Source: Eledone cirrhosa (lineage: Eukaryota). From it: a DNA stretch of 64,000 nucleotides. Positions 38,601 to 52,700 of this stretch are shown here, in pieces. The stretch is from the NCBI GenBank assembly GCA_964016885.1, contig OZ024744.1, positions 8,804,001 through 8,868,000 of the forward strand, in the 5' to 3' direction. Position numbers and translations under genes: made by a program. Under the pieces are notes generated by a model, which was not told where the DNA came from, did no database searches, and was given only the letters and a program-made list of their open reading frames with translations. Position 1 is the first letter of the stretch. Each line of letters opens with the position of its first letter.

Positions 38601-41600
38601 GTCTTTATCCCATTGCAGAAACTAATTAGTTGGAGTGAAAATTTTAGTAAGTAAGTTAATTTTTAAAAAGTTTTTTTAATTTTCTTATTTTACGTCTTTT
38701 ATATTATTGTTCTGCATCCTCCTGCATTGAACCACCTAGGTACTATGACATAACCTGTGTATTTGCTGACATCAGCGTACATCTGTGCGCATATGTTAGT
38801 AGATATACGAAATTCTCTATATTTATCTCCAAATCACTTTGTCGAGCAAACCTGCCAAAACCAGTACTAAATTTTTGGTGTGTTAGTAGGCTTCTGTCAT
38901 CTTACCATCCCACTCCTACCGACTAGCCTCAGTGTCACGTGATTGATTCTTTAGAATCTACCATTTGACCAGTGACAGCGAGATTTTCAGTGCATGGAAT
39001 CCAGTCCCCGCTAGCTGTTCCATTTACCGAATTATTATTATTTTTATATGAGTCCCCAGTGTCCGCGCATTGCCTAGAGACTTAGCTGAGAATAGACCTC
39101 CCTGATGACGCAATGAATTCTCAATAGTTTATTAATAACTGTCTTTATCCCATTGCAGAAACTAATTAGTTGGAGTGAAAATTTTATTAAAAAGTTAATT
39201 TTTAAAATTTTTATTAAATTTTCTTCTTTTACGTCTTTTATATTATTGTTCTGCATCCTCCTGCATTGAACCACCTAGGTACTATGACATAACGTGTGTA
39301 TTTGCTGACATTAGCGTACATCTGTGCGCATATGTTAGTAGATATACTAAATTCTCTATATTTATCTCCAAATCACTTTGTCGAGTAAACCTGCCAAAAC
39401 CACTACTAAATTTTTGGTGTGTTAGTAGGCTTCTGTCATCTTACCATCCCACTCCTACCGACTAGCCTCAGTGTCACGTGATTGATTTTTTAGAATCTAC
39501 CATTTGACCAGTGACAGCGAGATTTTCAGTGCATGGAATCCAGTCCCCGCTAGCTGTTCCATTTACCGAATTATTATTATTTTTATATGAGTCCCCAGTG
39601 TCCGCGCATTGCCTGGAGACTTAGCTGAGAATAGACCTCCCTGATGACGCAATGAATTCTTAACAGTTTATTACGTAACTGTCTTTATCCCATTGCAGAA
39701 ACTAATTAGTTGGAGTGAAAATTTTAGTAAGTAAGTTAATTTTTAAAAAGTTTTTTTAATTTTCTTATTTTACGTCTTTTATATTATTGTTCTGCATCCT
39801 CCTGCATTGAACCACCTAGGTACTATGACATAACCTGTGTATTTGCTGACATCAGCGTACATCTGTGCGCATATGTTAGTAGATATACGAAATTCTCTAT
39901 ATTTATCTCCAAATCACTTTGTCGAGCAAACCTGCCAAAACCAGTACTAAATTTTTGGTGTGTTAGTAGGCTTCTGTCATCTTACCATCCCACTCCTACC
40001 GACTAGCCTCAGTGTCACGTGATTGATTCTTTAGAATCTACCATTTGACCAGTGACAGCGAGATTTTCAGTGCATGGAATCCAGTCCCCGCTAGCTGTTC
40101 CATTTACCGAATTATTATTATTTTTATATGAGTCCCCAGTGTCCGCGCATTGCCTAGAGACTTAGCTGAGAATAGACCTCCCTGATGACGCAATGAATTC
40201 TCAATAGTTTATTAAGTAACTGTCTTTATCCCATTGCAGAAACTAATTAGTTGGAGTGAAAATTTTATTAAAAAGTTAATTTTTAAAATTTTTATTTAAT
40301 TTTCTTCTTTTACGTCTTTTATATTATTGTTCTGCATCCTCCTGCATTGAACCACCTAGGTACTATGACATAACGTGTGTATTTGCTGACATTAGCGTAC
40401 ATCTGTGCGCATATGTTAGTAGATATACTAAATTCTCTATATTTATCTCCAAATCACTTTGTCGAGTAAACCTGCCAAAACCACTACTAAATTTTTGGTG
40501 TGTTAGTAGGCTTCTGTCATCTTACCATCCCACTCCTACCGACTAGCCTCAGTGTCACGTGATTGATTTTTTAGAATCTACCATTTGACCAGTGACAGCG
40601 AGATTTTCAGTGCATGGAATCCAGTCCCCGCTAGCTGTTCCATTTACCGAATTATTATTATTTTTATATGAGTCCCCAGTGTCCGCGCATTGCCTGGAGA
40701 CTTAGCTGAGAATAGACCTCCCTGATGACGCAATGAATTCTTAACAGTTTATTACGTAACTGTCTTTATCCCATTGCAGAAACTAATTAGTTGGAGTGAA
40801 AATTTTAGTAAGTAAGTTAATTTTTAAAAAGTTTTTTTAATTTTCTTATTTTACGTCTTTTATATTATTGTTCTGCATCCTCCTGCATTGAACCACCTAG
40901 GTACTATGACATAACCTGTGTATTTGCTGACATCAGCGTACATCTGTGCGCATATGTTAGTAGATATACGAAATTCTCTATATTTATCTCCAAATCACTT
41001 TGTCGAGCAAACCTGCCAAAACCAGTACTAAATTTTTGGTGTGTTAGTAGGCTTCTGTCATCTTACCATCCCACTCCTACCGACTAGCCTCAGTGTCACG
41101 TGATTGATTCTTTAGAATCTACCATTTGACCAGTGACAGCGAGATTTTCAGTGCATGGAATCCAGTCCCCGCTAGCTGTTCCATTTACCGAATTATTATT
41201 ATTTTTATATGAGTCCCCAGTGTCCGCGCATTGCCTAGAGACTTAGCTGAGAATAGACCTCCCTGATGACGCAATGAATTCTCAATAGTTTATTAAGTAA
41301 CTGTCTTTATCCCATTGCAGAAACTAATTAGTTGGAGTGAAAATTTTATTAAAAAGTTAATTTTTAAAATTTTTATTAAATTTTCTTCTTTTACGTCTTT
41401 TATATTATTGTTCTGCATCCTCCTGCATTGAACCACCTAGGTACTATGACATAACGTGTGTATTTGCTGACATTAGCGTACATCTGTGCGCATATGTTAG
41501 TAGATATACTAAATTCTCTATATTTATCTCCAAATCACTTTGTCGAGTAAACCTGCCAAAACCACTACTAAATTTTTGGTGTGTTAGTAGGCTTCTGTCA

Positions 41601-41900
41601 TCTTACCATCCCACTCCTACCGACTAGCCTCAGTGTCACGTGATTGATTTTTTAGAATCTACCATTTGACCAGTGACAGCGAGATTTTCAGTGCATGGAA
41701 TCCAGTCCCCGCTAGCTGTTCCATTTACCGAATTATTATTATTTTTATATGAGTCCCCAGTGTCCGCGCATTGCCTGGAGACTTAGCTGAGAATAGACCT
41801 CCCTGATGACGCAATGAATTCTTAACAGTTTATTACGTAACTGTCTTTATCCCATTGCAGAAACTAATTAGTTGGAGTGAAAATTTTAGTAAGTAAGTTA
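37268..41900 (+). repeat. Dimeric (A-B)n run, period about 1081 bp
   Basis: Strict alternation of A units (catcagc, acgaaa, ccagtact) with hybrid B/E units (cctagag, caatag, acgtgtg, gtcgagt, then gattttttag). Confidence 0.85.
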
Positions 41901-44900
41901 ATTTTTAAAAAGTTTTTTTAATTTTCTTCTTTTACGTCTTTTATATTATTGTTCTGCATCCTCCTGCATTGAACCACCTAGGTACTATGACATATCCTGT
42001 GTATTTGCTGACATTAGCGTCCATCTGTGCGCATATGTTAGTAGATATACTAAATTCTCTATATTTATCTCCAAATCACTTTGTCGAGCAAACCTGCCAA
42101 AACCACTACTAAATTTTTGGTGTGTTAGTAGGCTTCTGTCATCTTACCATCCCACTCCTACCGACTAGCCTGAGTGTCACGTGATTGATTCTTTAGAATC
42201 TACCATTTGACCAGTGACAGCGAGATTTTCAGTGCATGGAATCCGGTCCCCGCTAGCTGTTCCATTTACCGAATTATTATTATTTTTATATGAGTCCCCA
42301 GTGTCCGCGCATTGCCTGGAGACTTAGCTGAGAATAGACCTCCCTGATGACGCAATGAATTCTCAACAGTTTATTACGTAACTGTCTTTATCCCATTGCA
42401 GAAACTAATTAGTTGGAGTGAAAATTTTAGTAAGTAAGTTAATTTTTAAAAAGTTTTTTTAATTTTCTTATTTTACGTCTTTTATATTATTGTTCTGCAT
42501 CCTCCTACATTGAACCACCTAGGTACTATGACATAACCTGTGTATTTGCTGACATTAGCGTACATCTGTGCGCATATGTTAGTAGATATACTAAATTCTC
42601 TATATTTATCTCCAAATCACTTTGTCGAGCAAACCTGCCAAAACCAGTACTAAATTTTTGGTGTGTTAGTAGGCTTCTGTCATCTTACCATCCCACTCCT
42701 ACCGACTAGCCTCAGTGTCACGTGATTGATTCTTTAGAATCTACCATTTGACCAGTGACAGCGAGATTTTCAGTGCATGGAATCCAGTCCCCGCTAGCTG
42801 TTCCATTTACCGAATTATTCTTATTTTTATATGAGTCCCCAGTGTCCGCGCATTGCCTAGAGACTTAGCTGAGAATAGACCTCCCTGATGACGCAATGAA
42901 TTCTCAATAGTTTATTAAGTAACTGTCTTTATCCCATTGCAGAAACTAATTAGTTGGAGTGAAAATTTTATTAAAAAGTTAATTTTTAAAATTTTTTTTA
43001 AATTTTCTTCTTTTACGTCTTTTATATTATTGTTCTGCATCCTCCTGCATTGAACCACCTAGGTACTATGACATAACCTGTGTATTTGCTGACATTAGCG
43101 TACATCTGTGCGCATATGTTAGTAGATATACTAAATTCTCTATATTTATCTCCAAATCACTTTGTCTAGCAAACCTTCCAAAACCACTACTAAATTTTTG
43201 GTGTGTTAGTAGGCTTCTGTCATCTTACCATCCCACTCCTGCCGACTAGCCTCATTGTCACGTGATTGATTCTTTAGAATCTACCATTTGACCAGTGACA
43301 GCGAGATTTTCAGTGCATGGAATCCAGTCCCCGCTAGCTGTTCCATTTACCGAATTATTATTATTTTTATATGAGTCCCCAGTGTCCGCGCATTGCCTGG
43401 AGACTTAGCTGAGAATAGACCTCCCTGATGACGCAATGAATTCTCAACAGTTTATTACGTAACTGTCTTTATCCCATTGCAGAAACTAATTAGTTGGAGT
43501 GAACATTTTAGTAAGTAAGTTAATTTTTAAAAAAATTTTTAAATCTTCTTATTTTACGTCTTTTATATTATTGTTCTGCATCCTCCTGCATTCAACCACC
43601 TAGGTACTATGACATAACCTGTGTATTTGCTGACATTAGCGTACATCTGTGCGCATATGTTAGTAGATATACTAAATTCTCTATATTTATCTCCAAATCA
43701 CTTTGTCGAGTAAACCTGCCAAAACCACTACTAAATTTTTGGTGTGTTAGTAGGCTTCTGTCATCTTACCATCCCACTCCTACCGACTAGCCTCAGTGTC
43801 ACGTGATTGATTTTTTAGAATCTACCATTTGACCAGTGACAGCGAGATTTTCAGTGCATGGAATCCAGTCCCCGCTAGCTGTTCCATTTACCGAATTATT
43901 ATTATTTTTATATGAGTCCCCAGTGTCCGCGCATTGCCTGGAGACTTAGCTGAGAATAGACATCCCTGATGACGCAATGAATTCTCAACAGTTTATTACG
44001 TAACTGTCTTTATCCCATTGCAGAAACTAATTAGTTGGAGTGAAAATTTTAGTAAGTAAGTTAATTTTTAAAAAGTTTTTTTAATTTTCTTATTTTACGT
44101 CTTTTATATTATTGTTCTGCATCCTCCTGCATTGAACCACCTAGGTACTATGACATAACCTGTGTATTTGCTGACATCAGCGTACATCTGTGCGCATATG
44201 TTAGTAGATATACGAAATTCTCTATATTTATCTCCAAATCACTTTGTCTAGCAAACCTTCCAAAACCACTACTAAATTTTTGGTGTGTTAGTAGGCTTCT
44301 GTCATCTTACCATCCCACTCCTACCGACTAGCCTCATTGTCACGTGATTGATTCTTTAGAATCTACCATTTGACCAGTGACAGCGAGATTTTCAGTGCAT
44401 GGAATCCAGTCCCCGCTAGCTGTTCCATTTACCGAATTATTATTATTTTTATATGAGTCCCCAGTGTCCGCGCATTGCCTGGAGACTTAGCTGAGCATAG
44501 ACCTCCCTGATGACGCAATGAATTCTCAACAGTTTATTAAGTAACTGTCTTTATCCCATTGCAGAAACTAATTAGTTGCAGAGAAAATTTTAGTAAGTTA
44601 ATTTTTTAAAAATTTTTTAAAATTTTCTTATTTTACGTCTTTTATATTATTGTTCTGCATCCTCCTGCATTGAACCACCTAGGTACTATGACATAACCTG
44701 TGTATTTGCTGACATTAGCGTACATCTGTGCGCATATGTTAGTAGATATACTAAATTCTCTATATTTATCTCCAAATCACTTTGTCTAGCAAACCTTCCA
44801 AAACCACTACTAAATTTTTTGTTTGTTAGTAGGCTTCTGTCATCTTACCATCCCACTCCTGCCGACTAGCCTCATTGTCACGTGATTGATTCTTTAGAAT

Positions 44901-46452
44901 CTACCATTTGACCAGTGACAGCGAGATTTTCAGTGCATGGAATCCAGTCCCCGCTAGCTGTTCCATTTACCGAATTATTATTATTTTTATATGAGTCCCC
45001 AGTGTCCGCGCATTGCCTGGAGACTTAGCTGAGAATAGACCTCCCTGATGACGCAATGAATTCTCAACAGTTTATTAAGTATCTGTCTTTATCCCATTGC
45101 AGAAACTAATTAGTTGGAGTGAACATTTTAGTAAGTAAGTTAATTTTTAAAAAAATTTTTAAATCTTCTTATTTTACGTCTTTTATATTATTGTTCTGCA
45201 TCCTCCTGCATTGAACCACCTAGGTACTATGACATAACCTGTGTATTTGCAGACATTAGCGTACATCTGTGCGCATATGTTAGTAGATATACTAAATTCT
45301 CTATATTTATCTCCAAATCACTTTGTCGAGTAAACCTGCCAAAACCACTACTAAATTTTTGGTGTGTTAGTAGGCTTCTGTCATCTTACCATCCCACTCC
45401 TACCGACTAGCCTCAGTGTCACGTGATTGATTTTTTAGAATCTACCATTTGACCAGTGACAGCGAGATTTTCAGTGCATGGAATCCAGTCCCCGCTAGCT
45501 GTTCCATTTACCGAATTATTATTATTTTTATATGAGTCCCCAGTGTCCGCGCATTGCCTGGAGACTTAGCTGAGAATAGACCTCCCTGATGACGCAATGA
45601 ATTCTCAACAGTTTATTACGTAACTGTCTTTATCCCATTGCAGAAACTAATTAGTTGCAGTGAAAATTTTAGTAAGTTAATTTTTAAAAAATTTTTTAAA
45701 ATTTTCTTATTTTACGTCTTTTATATTATTGTTCTGCATCCTCCTGCATTGAACCACCTAGGTACTATGACATATCCTGTGTATTTGCTGACATTAGCGT
45801 CCATCTGTGCGCATATGTTAGTAGATATACTAAATTCTCTATATTTATCTCCAAATCACTTTGTCGAGCAAACCTGCCAAAACCACTACTAAATTTTTGG
45901 TGTGTTAGTAGGCTTCTGTCATCTTACCATCCCACTCCTACCGACTAGCCTGAGTGTCACGTGATTGATTCTTTAGAATCTACCATTTGACCAGTGACAG
46001 CGAGATTTTCAGTGCATGGAATCCAGTCCCCGCTAGCTATTCCATTTACCGAATTATTATTATTTTTATATGAGTCCCCAGTGTCCGCGCATTGCCTGGA
46101 GACTTAGCTGAGAATAGACCTCCCTGATGACGCAATGAATTCTCAACAGTTTATTACGTAACTGTCTTTATCCCATTGCAGAAACTAATTAGTTGGAGTC
46201 AACATTTTAGTAAGTAAGTTAATTTTTAAAAAATTTTTTAAATCTTCTTATTTTACGTCTTTTATATTATTATTCTGCATCCTCCTGCATTGAACCACCT
46301 AGGTACTATGACATAACCTGTGTATTTGCTGACATTAGCGTACATCTGTGCGCATATGTTAGTAGATATACTAAATTCTCTATATTTATCTCCAAATCAC
46401 TTTGTCGAGTAAACCTGCCAAAACCACTACTAAATTTTTGGTGTGTTAGTAG

Positions 46453-49400
46453 GCTTCTGTCATCTTACCATCCCACTCCTACCGACTAGCCTCAGTGTCA
46501 CGTGATTGATTTTTTAGAATCTACCATTTGACCAGTGACAGCGAGATTTTCAGTGCATGGAATCCAGTCCCCGCTAGCTGTTCCATTTACCGAATTATTA
46601 TTATTTTTATATGAGTCCCCAGTGTCCGCGCATTGCCTGGAGACTTAGCTGAGAATAGACCTCCCTGATGACGCAATGAATTCTCAACAGTTTATTACGT
46701 AACTGTCTTTATCCCATTGCAGAAACTAATTAGTTGGAGTGAAAATTTTAGTAAGTAAGTTAATTTTTAAAAAGTTTTTTTAACTTTCTTATTTTACGTC
46801 TTTTATATTATTGTTCTGCATCCTCCTGCATTGAACCACCTAGGTACTATGACATAGCCTGTGTATTTGCTGACATCAGCGTACATCTGTGCGCATATGT
46901 TAGTAGATATACGAAATTCTCTATATTTATCTCCAAATCACTTTGTCGAGCAAACCTGCCAAAACCAGTACTAAATTTTTGGTGTGTTAGTAGGCTTCTG
47001 TCATCTTACCATCCCACTCCTACCGACTAGCCTCAGTGTCACGTGATTGATTCTTTAGAATCTACCATTTGACCAGTGACAGCGAGATTTTCAGTGCATG
47101 GAATCCAGTCCCCGCTAGCTGTTCCATTTACCGAATTATTATTATTTTTATATGAGTCCCCAGTGTCCGCGCATTGCCTAGAGACTTAGCTGAGAATAGA
47201 CCTCCCTGATGACGCAATGAATTCTCAATAGTTTATTAAGTAACTGTCTTTATCCCATTGCAGAAACTAATTAGTTGGAGTGAAAATTTTATTAAAAAGT
47301 TAATTTTTAAAATTTTTATTAAATTTTCTTCTTTTACGTCTTTTATATTATTGTTCTGCATCCTCCTGCATTGAACCACCTAGGTACTATGACATAACGT
47401 GTGTATTTGCTGACATTAGCGTACATCTGTGCGCATATGTTAGTAGATATACTAAATTCTCTATATTTATCTCCAAATCACTTTGTCGAGTAAACCTGCC
47501 AAAACCACTACTAAATTTTTGGTGTGTTAGTAGGCTTCTGTCATCTTACCATCCCACTCCTACCGACTAGCCTCAGTGTCACGTGATTGATTTTTTAGAA
47601 TCTACCATTTGACCAGTGACAGCGAGATTTTCAGTGCATGGAATCCAGTCCCCGCTAGCTGTTCCATTTACCGAATTATTATTATTTTTATATGAGTCCC
47701 CAGTGTCCGCGCATTGCCTGGAGACTTAGCTGAGAATAGACCTCCCTGATGACGCAATGAATTCTCAACAGTTTATTACGTAACTGTCTTTATCCCATTG
47801 CAGAAACTAATTAGTTGGAGTGAAAATTTTAGTAAGTAAGTTAATTTTTAAAAAGTTTTTTTAATTTTCTTATTTTACGTCTTTTATATTATTGTTCTGC
47901 ATCCTCCTGCATTGAACCACCTAGGTACTATGACATAACCTGTGTATTTGCTGACATCAGCGTACATCTGTGCGCATATGTTAGTAGATATACGAAATTC
48001 TCTATATTTATCTCCAAATCACTTTGTCGAGCAAACCTGCCAAAACCAGTACTAAATTTTTGGTGTGTTAGTAGGCTTCTGTCATCTTACCATCCCACTC
48101 CTACCGACTAGCCTCAGTGTCACGTGATTGATTTTTTAGAATCTACCATTTGACCAGTGACAGCGAGATTTTCAGTGCATGGAATCCAGTCCCCGCTAGC
48201 TGTTCCATTTACCGAATTATTATTATTTTTATATGAGTCCCCAGTGTCCGCGCATTGCCTGGAGACTTAGCTGAGAATAGACCTCCCTGATGACGCAATG
48301 AATTCTCAACAGTTTATTACGTAACTGTCTTTATCCCATTGCAGAAACTAATTAGTTGGAGTGAAAATTTTAGTAAGTAAGTTAATTTTTAAAAAGTTTT
48401 TTTAACTTTCTTATTTTACGTCTTTTATATTATTGTTCTGCATCCTCCTGCATTGAACCACCTAGGTACTATGACATAGCCTGTGTATTTGCTGACATCA
48501 GCGTACATCTGTGCGCATATGTTAGTAGATATACGAAATTCTCTATATTTATCTCCAAATCACTTTGTCGAGCAAACCTGCCAAAACCAGTACTAAATTT
48601 TTGGTGTGTTAGTAGGCTTCTGTCATCTTACCATCCCACTCCTACCGACTAGCCTCAGTGTCACGTGATTGATTCTTTAGAATCTACCATTTGACCAGTG
48701 ACAGCGAGATTTTCAGTGCATGGAATCCAGTCCCCGCTAGCTGTTCCATTTACCGAATTATTATTATTTTTATATGAGTCCCCAGTGTCCGCGCATTGCC
48801 TAGAGACTTAGCTGAGAATAGACCTCCCTGATGACGCAATGAATTCTTAATAGTTTATTAAGTAACTGTCTTTATCCCATTGCAGAAACTAATTAGTTGG
48901 AGTGAAAATTTTATTAAAAAGTTAATTTTTAAAATTTTTATTAAATTTTCTTCTTTTACGTCTTTTATATTATTGTTCTGCATCCTCCTGCATTGAACCA
49001 CCTAGGTACTATGACATAACGTGTGTATTTGCTGACATTAGCGTACATCTGTGCGCATATGTTAGTAGATATACTAAATTCTCTATATTTATCTCCAAAT
49101 CACTTTGTCGAGTAAACCTGCCAAAACCACTACTAAATTTTTGGTGTGTTAGTAGGCTTCTGTCATCTTACCATCCCACTCCTACCGACTAGCCTCAGTG
49201 TCACGTGATTGATTTTTTAGAATCTACCATTTGACCAGTGACAGCGAGATTTTCAGTGCATGGAATCCAGTCCCCGCTAGCTGTTCCATTTACCGAATTA
49301 TTATTATTTTTATATGAGTCCCCAGTGTCCGCGCATTGCCTGGAGACTTAGCTGAGAATAGACCTCCCTGATGACGCAATGAATTCTCAACAGTTTATTA

Positions 49401-52400
49401 CGTAACTGTCTTTATCCCATTGCAGAAACTAATTAGTTGGAGTGAAAATTTTAGTAAGTAAGTTAATTTTTAAAAAGTTTTTTTAATTTTCTTATTTTAC
49501 GTCTTTTATATTATTGTTCTGCATCCTCCTGCATTGAACCACCTAGGTACTATGACATAACCTGTGTATTTGCTGACATCAGCGTACATCTGTGCGCATA
49601 TGTTAGTAGATATACGAAATTCTCTATATTTATCTCCAAATCACTTTGTCGAGCAAACCTGCCAAAACCAGTACTAAATTTTTGGTGTGTTAGTAGGCTT
49701 CTGTCATCTTACCATCCCACTCCTACCGACTAGCCTCAGTGTCACGTGATTGATTCTTTAGAATCTACCATTTGACCAGTGACAGCGAGATTTTCAGTGC
49801 ATGGAATCCAGTCCCCGCTAGCTGTTCCATTTACCGAATTATTATTATTTTTATATGAGTCCCCAGTGTCCGCGCATTGCCTAGAGACTTAGCTGAGAAT
49901 AGACCTCCCTGATGACGCAATGAATTCTCAATAGTTTATTAAGTAACTGTCTTTATCCCATTGCAGAAACTAATTAGTTGGAGTGAAAATTTTATTAAAA
50001 AGTTAATTTTTAAAATTTTTATTAAATTTTCTTCTTTTACGTCTTTTATATTATTGTTCTGCATCCTCCTGCATTGAACCACCTAGGTACTATGACATAA
50101 CGTGTGTATTTGCTGACATTAGCGTACATCTGTGCGCATATGTTAGTAGATATACTAAATTCTCTATATTTATCTCCAAATCACTTTGTCGAGTAAACCT
50201 GCCAAAACCACTACTAAATTTTTGGTGTGTTAGTAGGCTTCTGTCATCTTACCATCCCACTCCTACCGACTAGCCTCAGTGTCACGTGATTGATTTTTTA
50301 GAATCTACCATTTGACCAGTGACAGCGAGATTTTCAGTGCATGGAATCCAGTCCCCGCTAGCTGTTCCATTTACCGAATTATTATTATTTTTATATGAGT
50401 CCCCAGTGTCCGCGCATTGCCTGGAGACTTAGCTGAGAATAGACCTCCCTGATGACGCAATGAATTCTTAACAGTTTATTACGTAACTGTCTTTATCCCA
50501 TTGCAGAAACTAATTAGTTGGAGTGAAAATTTTAGTAAGTAAGTTAATTTTTAAAAAGTTTTTTTAATTTTCTTATTTTACGTCTTTTATATTATTGTTC
50601 TGCATCCTCCTGCATTGAACCACCTAGGTACTATGACATATCCTGTGTATTTGCTGACATTAGCGTCCATCTGTGCGCATATGTTAGTAGATATACGAAA
50701 TTCTCTATATTTATCTCCAAATCACTTTGTCGAGCAAACCTGCCAAAACCAGTACTAAATTTTTGGTGTGTTAGTAGGCTTCTGTCATCTTACCATCCCA
50801 CTCCTACCGACTAGCCTCAGTGTCACGTGATTGATTCTTTAGAATCTAGCATTTGACCAGTGACAGCGAGATTTTCAGTGCATGGAATCCAGTCCCCGCT
50901 AGCTGTTCCATTTACCGAATTATTATTATTTTTATATGAGTCCCCAGTGTCCGCGCATTGCCTAGAGACTTAGCTGAGAATAGACCTCCCTGATGACGCA
51001 ATGAATTCTCAATAGTTTATTAAGTAACTGTCTTTATCCCATTGCAGAAACTAATTAGTTGGAGTGAAAATTTTATTAAAAAGTTAATTTTTAAAATTTT
51101 TATTAAATTTTCTTCTTTTACGTCTTTTATATTATTGTTCTGCATCCTCCTGCATTGAACCACCTAGGTACTATGACATAACGTGTGTATTTGCTGACAT
51201 TAGCGTACATCTGTGCGCATATGTTAGTAGATATACTAAATTCTCTATATTTATCTCCAAATCACTTTGTCGAGTAAACCTGCCAAAACCACTACTAAAT
51301 TTTTGGTGTGTTAGTAGGCTTCTGTCATCTTACCATCCCACTCCTACCGACTAGCCTCAGTGTCACGTGATTGATTTTTTAGAATCTACCATTTGACCAG
51401 TGACAGCGAGATTTTCAGTGCATGGAATCCAGTCCCCGCTAGCTGTTCCATTTACCGAATTATTATTATTTTTATATGAGTCCCCAGTGTCCGCGCATTG
51501 CCTGGAGACTTAGCTGAGAATAGACCTCCCTGATGACGCAATGAATTCTCAACAGTTTATTACGTAACTGTCTTTATCCCATTGCAGAAACTAATTAGTT
51601 GGAGTGAAAATTTTAGTAAGTAAGTTAATTTTTAAAAAGTTTTTTTAATTTTCTTATTTTACGTCTTTTATATTATTGTTCTGCATCCTCCTGCATTGAA
51701 CCACCTAGGTACTATGACATAACCTGTGTATTTGCTGACATCAGCGTACATCTGTGCGCATATGTTAGTAGATATACGAAATTCTCTATATTTATCTCCA
51801 AATCACTTTGTCGAGCAAACCTGCCAAAACCAGTACTAAATTTTTGGTGTGTTAGTAGGCTTCTGTCATCTTACCATCCCACTCCTACCGACTAGCCTCA
51901 GTGTCACGTGATTGATTCTTTAGAATCTACCATTTGACCAGTGACAGCGAGATTTTCAGTGCATGGAATCCAGTCCCCGCTAGCTGTTCCATTTACCGAA
52001 TTATTATTATTTTTATATGAGTCCCCAGTGTCCGCGCATTGCCTAGAGACTTAGCTGAGAATAGACCTCCCTGATGACGCAATGAATTCTCAATAGTTTA
52101 TTAAGTAACTGTCTTTATCCCATTGCAGAAACTAATTAGTTGGAGTGAAAATTTTATTAAAAAGTTAATTTTTAAAATTTTTATTAAATTTTCTTCTTTT
52201 ACGTCTTTTATATTATTGTTCTGCATCCTCCTGCATTGAACCACCTAGGTACTATGACATAACGTGTGTATTTGCTGACATTAGCGTACATCTGTGCGCA
52301 TATGTTAGTAGATATACTAAATTCTCTATATTTATCTCCAAATCACTTTGTCGAGTAAACCTGCCAAAACCACTACTAAATTTTTGGTGTGTTAGTAGGC

Positions 52401-52700
52401 TTCTGTCATCTTACCATCCCACTCCTACCGACTAGCCTCAGTGTCACGTGATTGATTTTTTAGAATCTACCATTTGACCAGTGACAGCGAGATTTTCAGT
52501 TCATGGAATCCAGTCCCCGCTAGCTGTTCCATTTACCGAATTATTATTATTTTTATATGAGTCCCCAGTGTCCGCGCATTGCCTGGAGACTTAGCTGAGA
52601 ATAGACCTCCCTGATGACGCAATGAATTCTTAACAGTTTATTACGTAACTGTCTTTATCCCATTGCAGAAACTAATTAGTTGGAGTGAAAATTTTAGTAA
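46453..52700 (+). repeat. Second dimeric (A-B)n run, with one A-A interruption near 47534-48615
   Basis: Same alternation and same B/E hybrid markers as 37268-41900. Confidence 0.8.

Noticed and set aside
39074-39274. 66-aa minus-strand ORF
   Set aside because: It exists only because of a 1-bp deletion (attaataact) in one monomer.
14853-45892. Seven copies of an 84-aa ORF (MQKLISCSENF...)
   Set aside because: It starts at TTG and is open only in some D monomers, depending on how the A/T run reads. It has no recognisable domain and is disrupted in most copies, so it is a repeat by-product.
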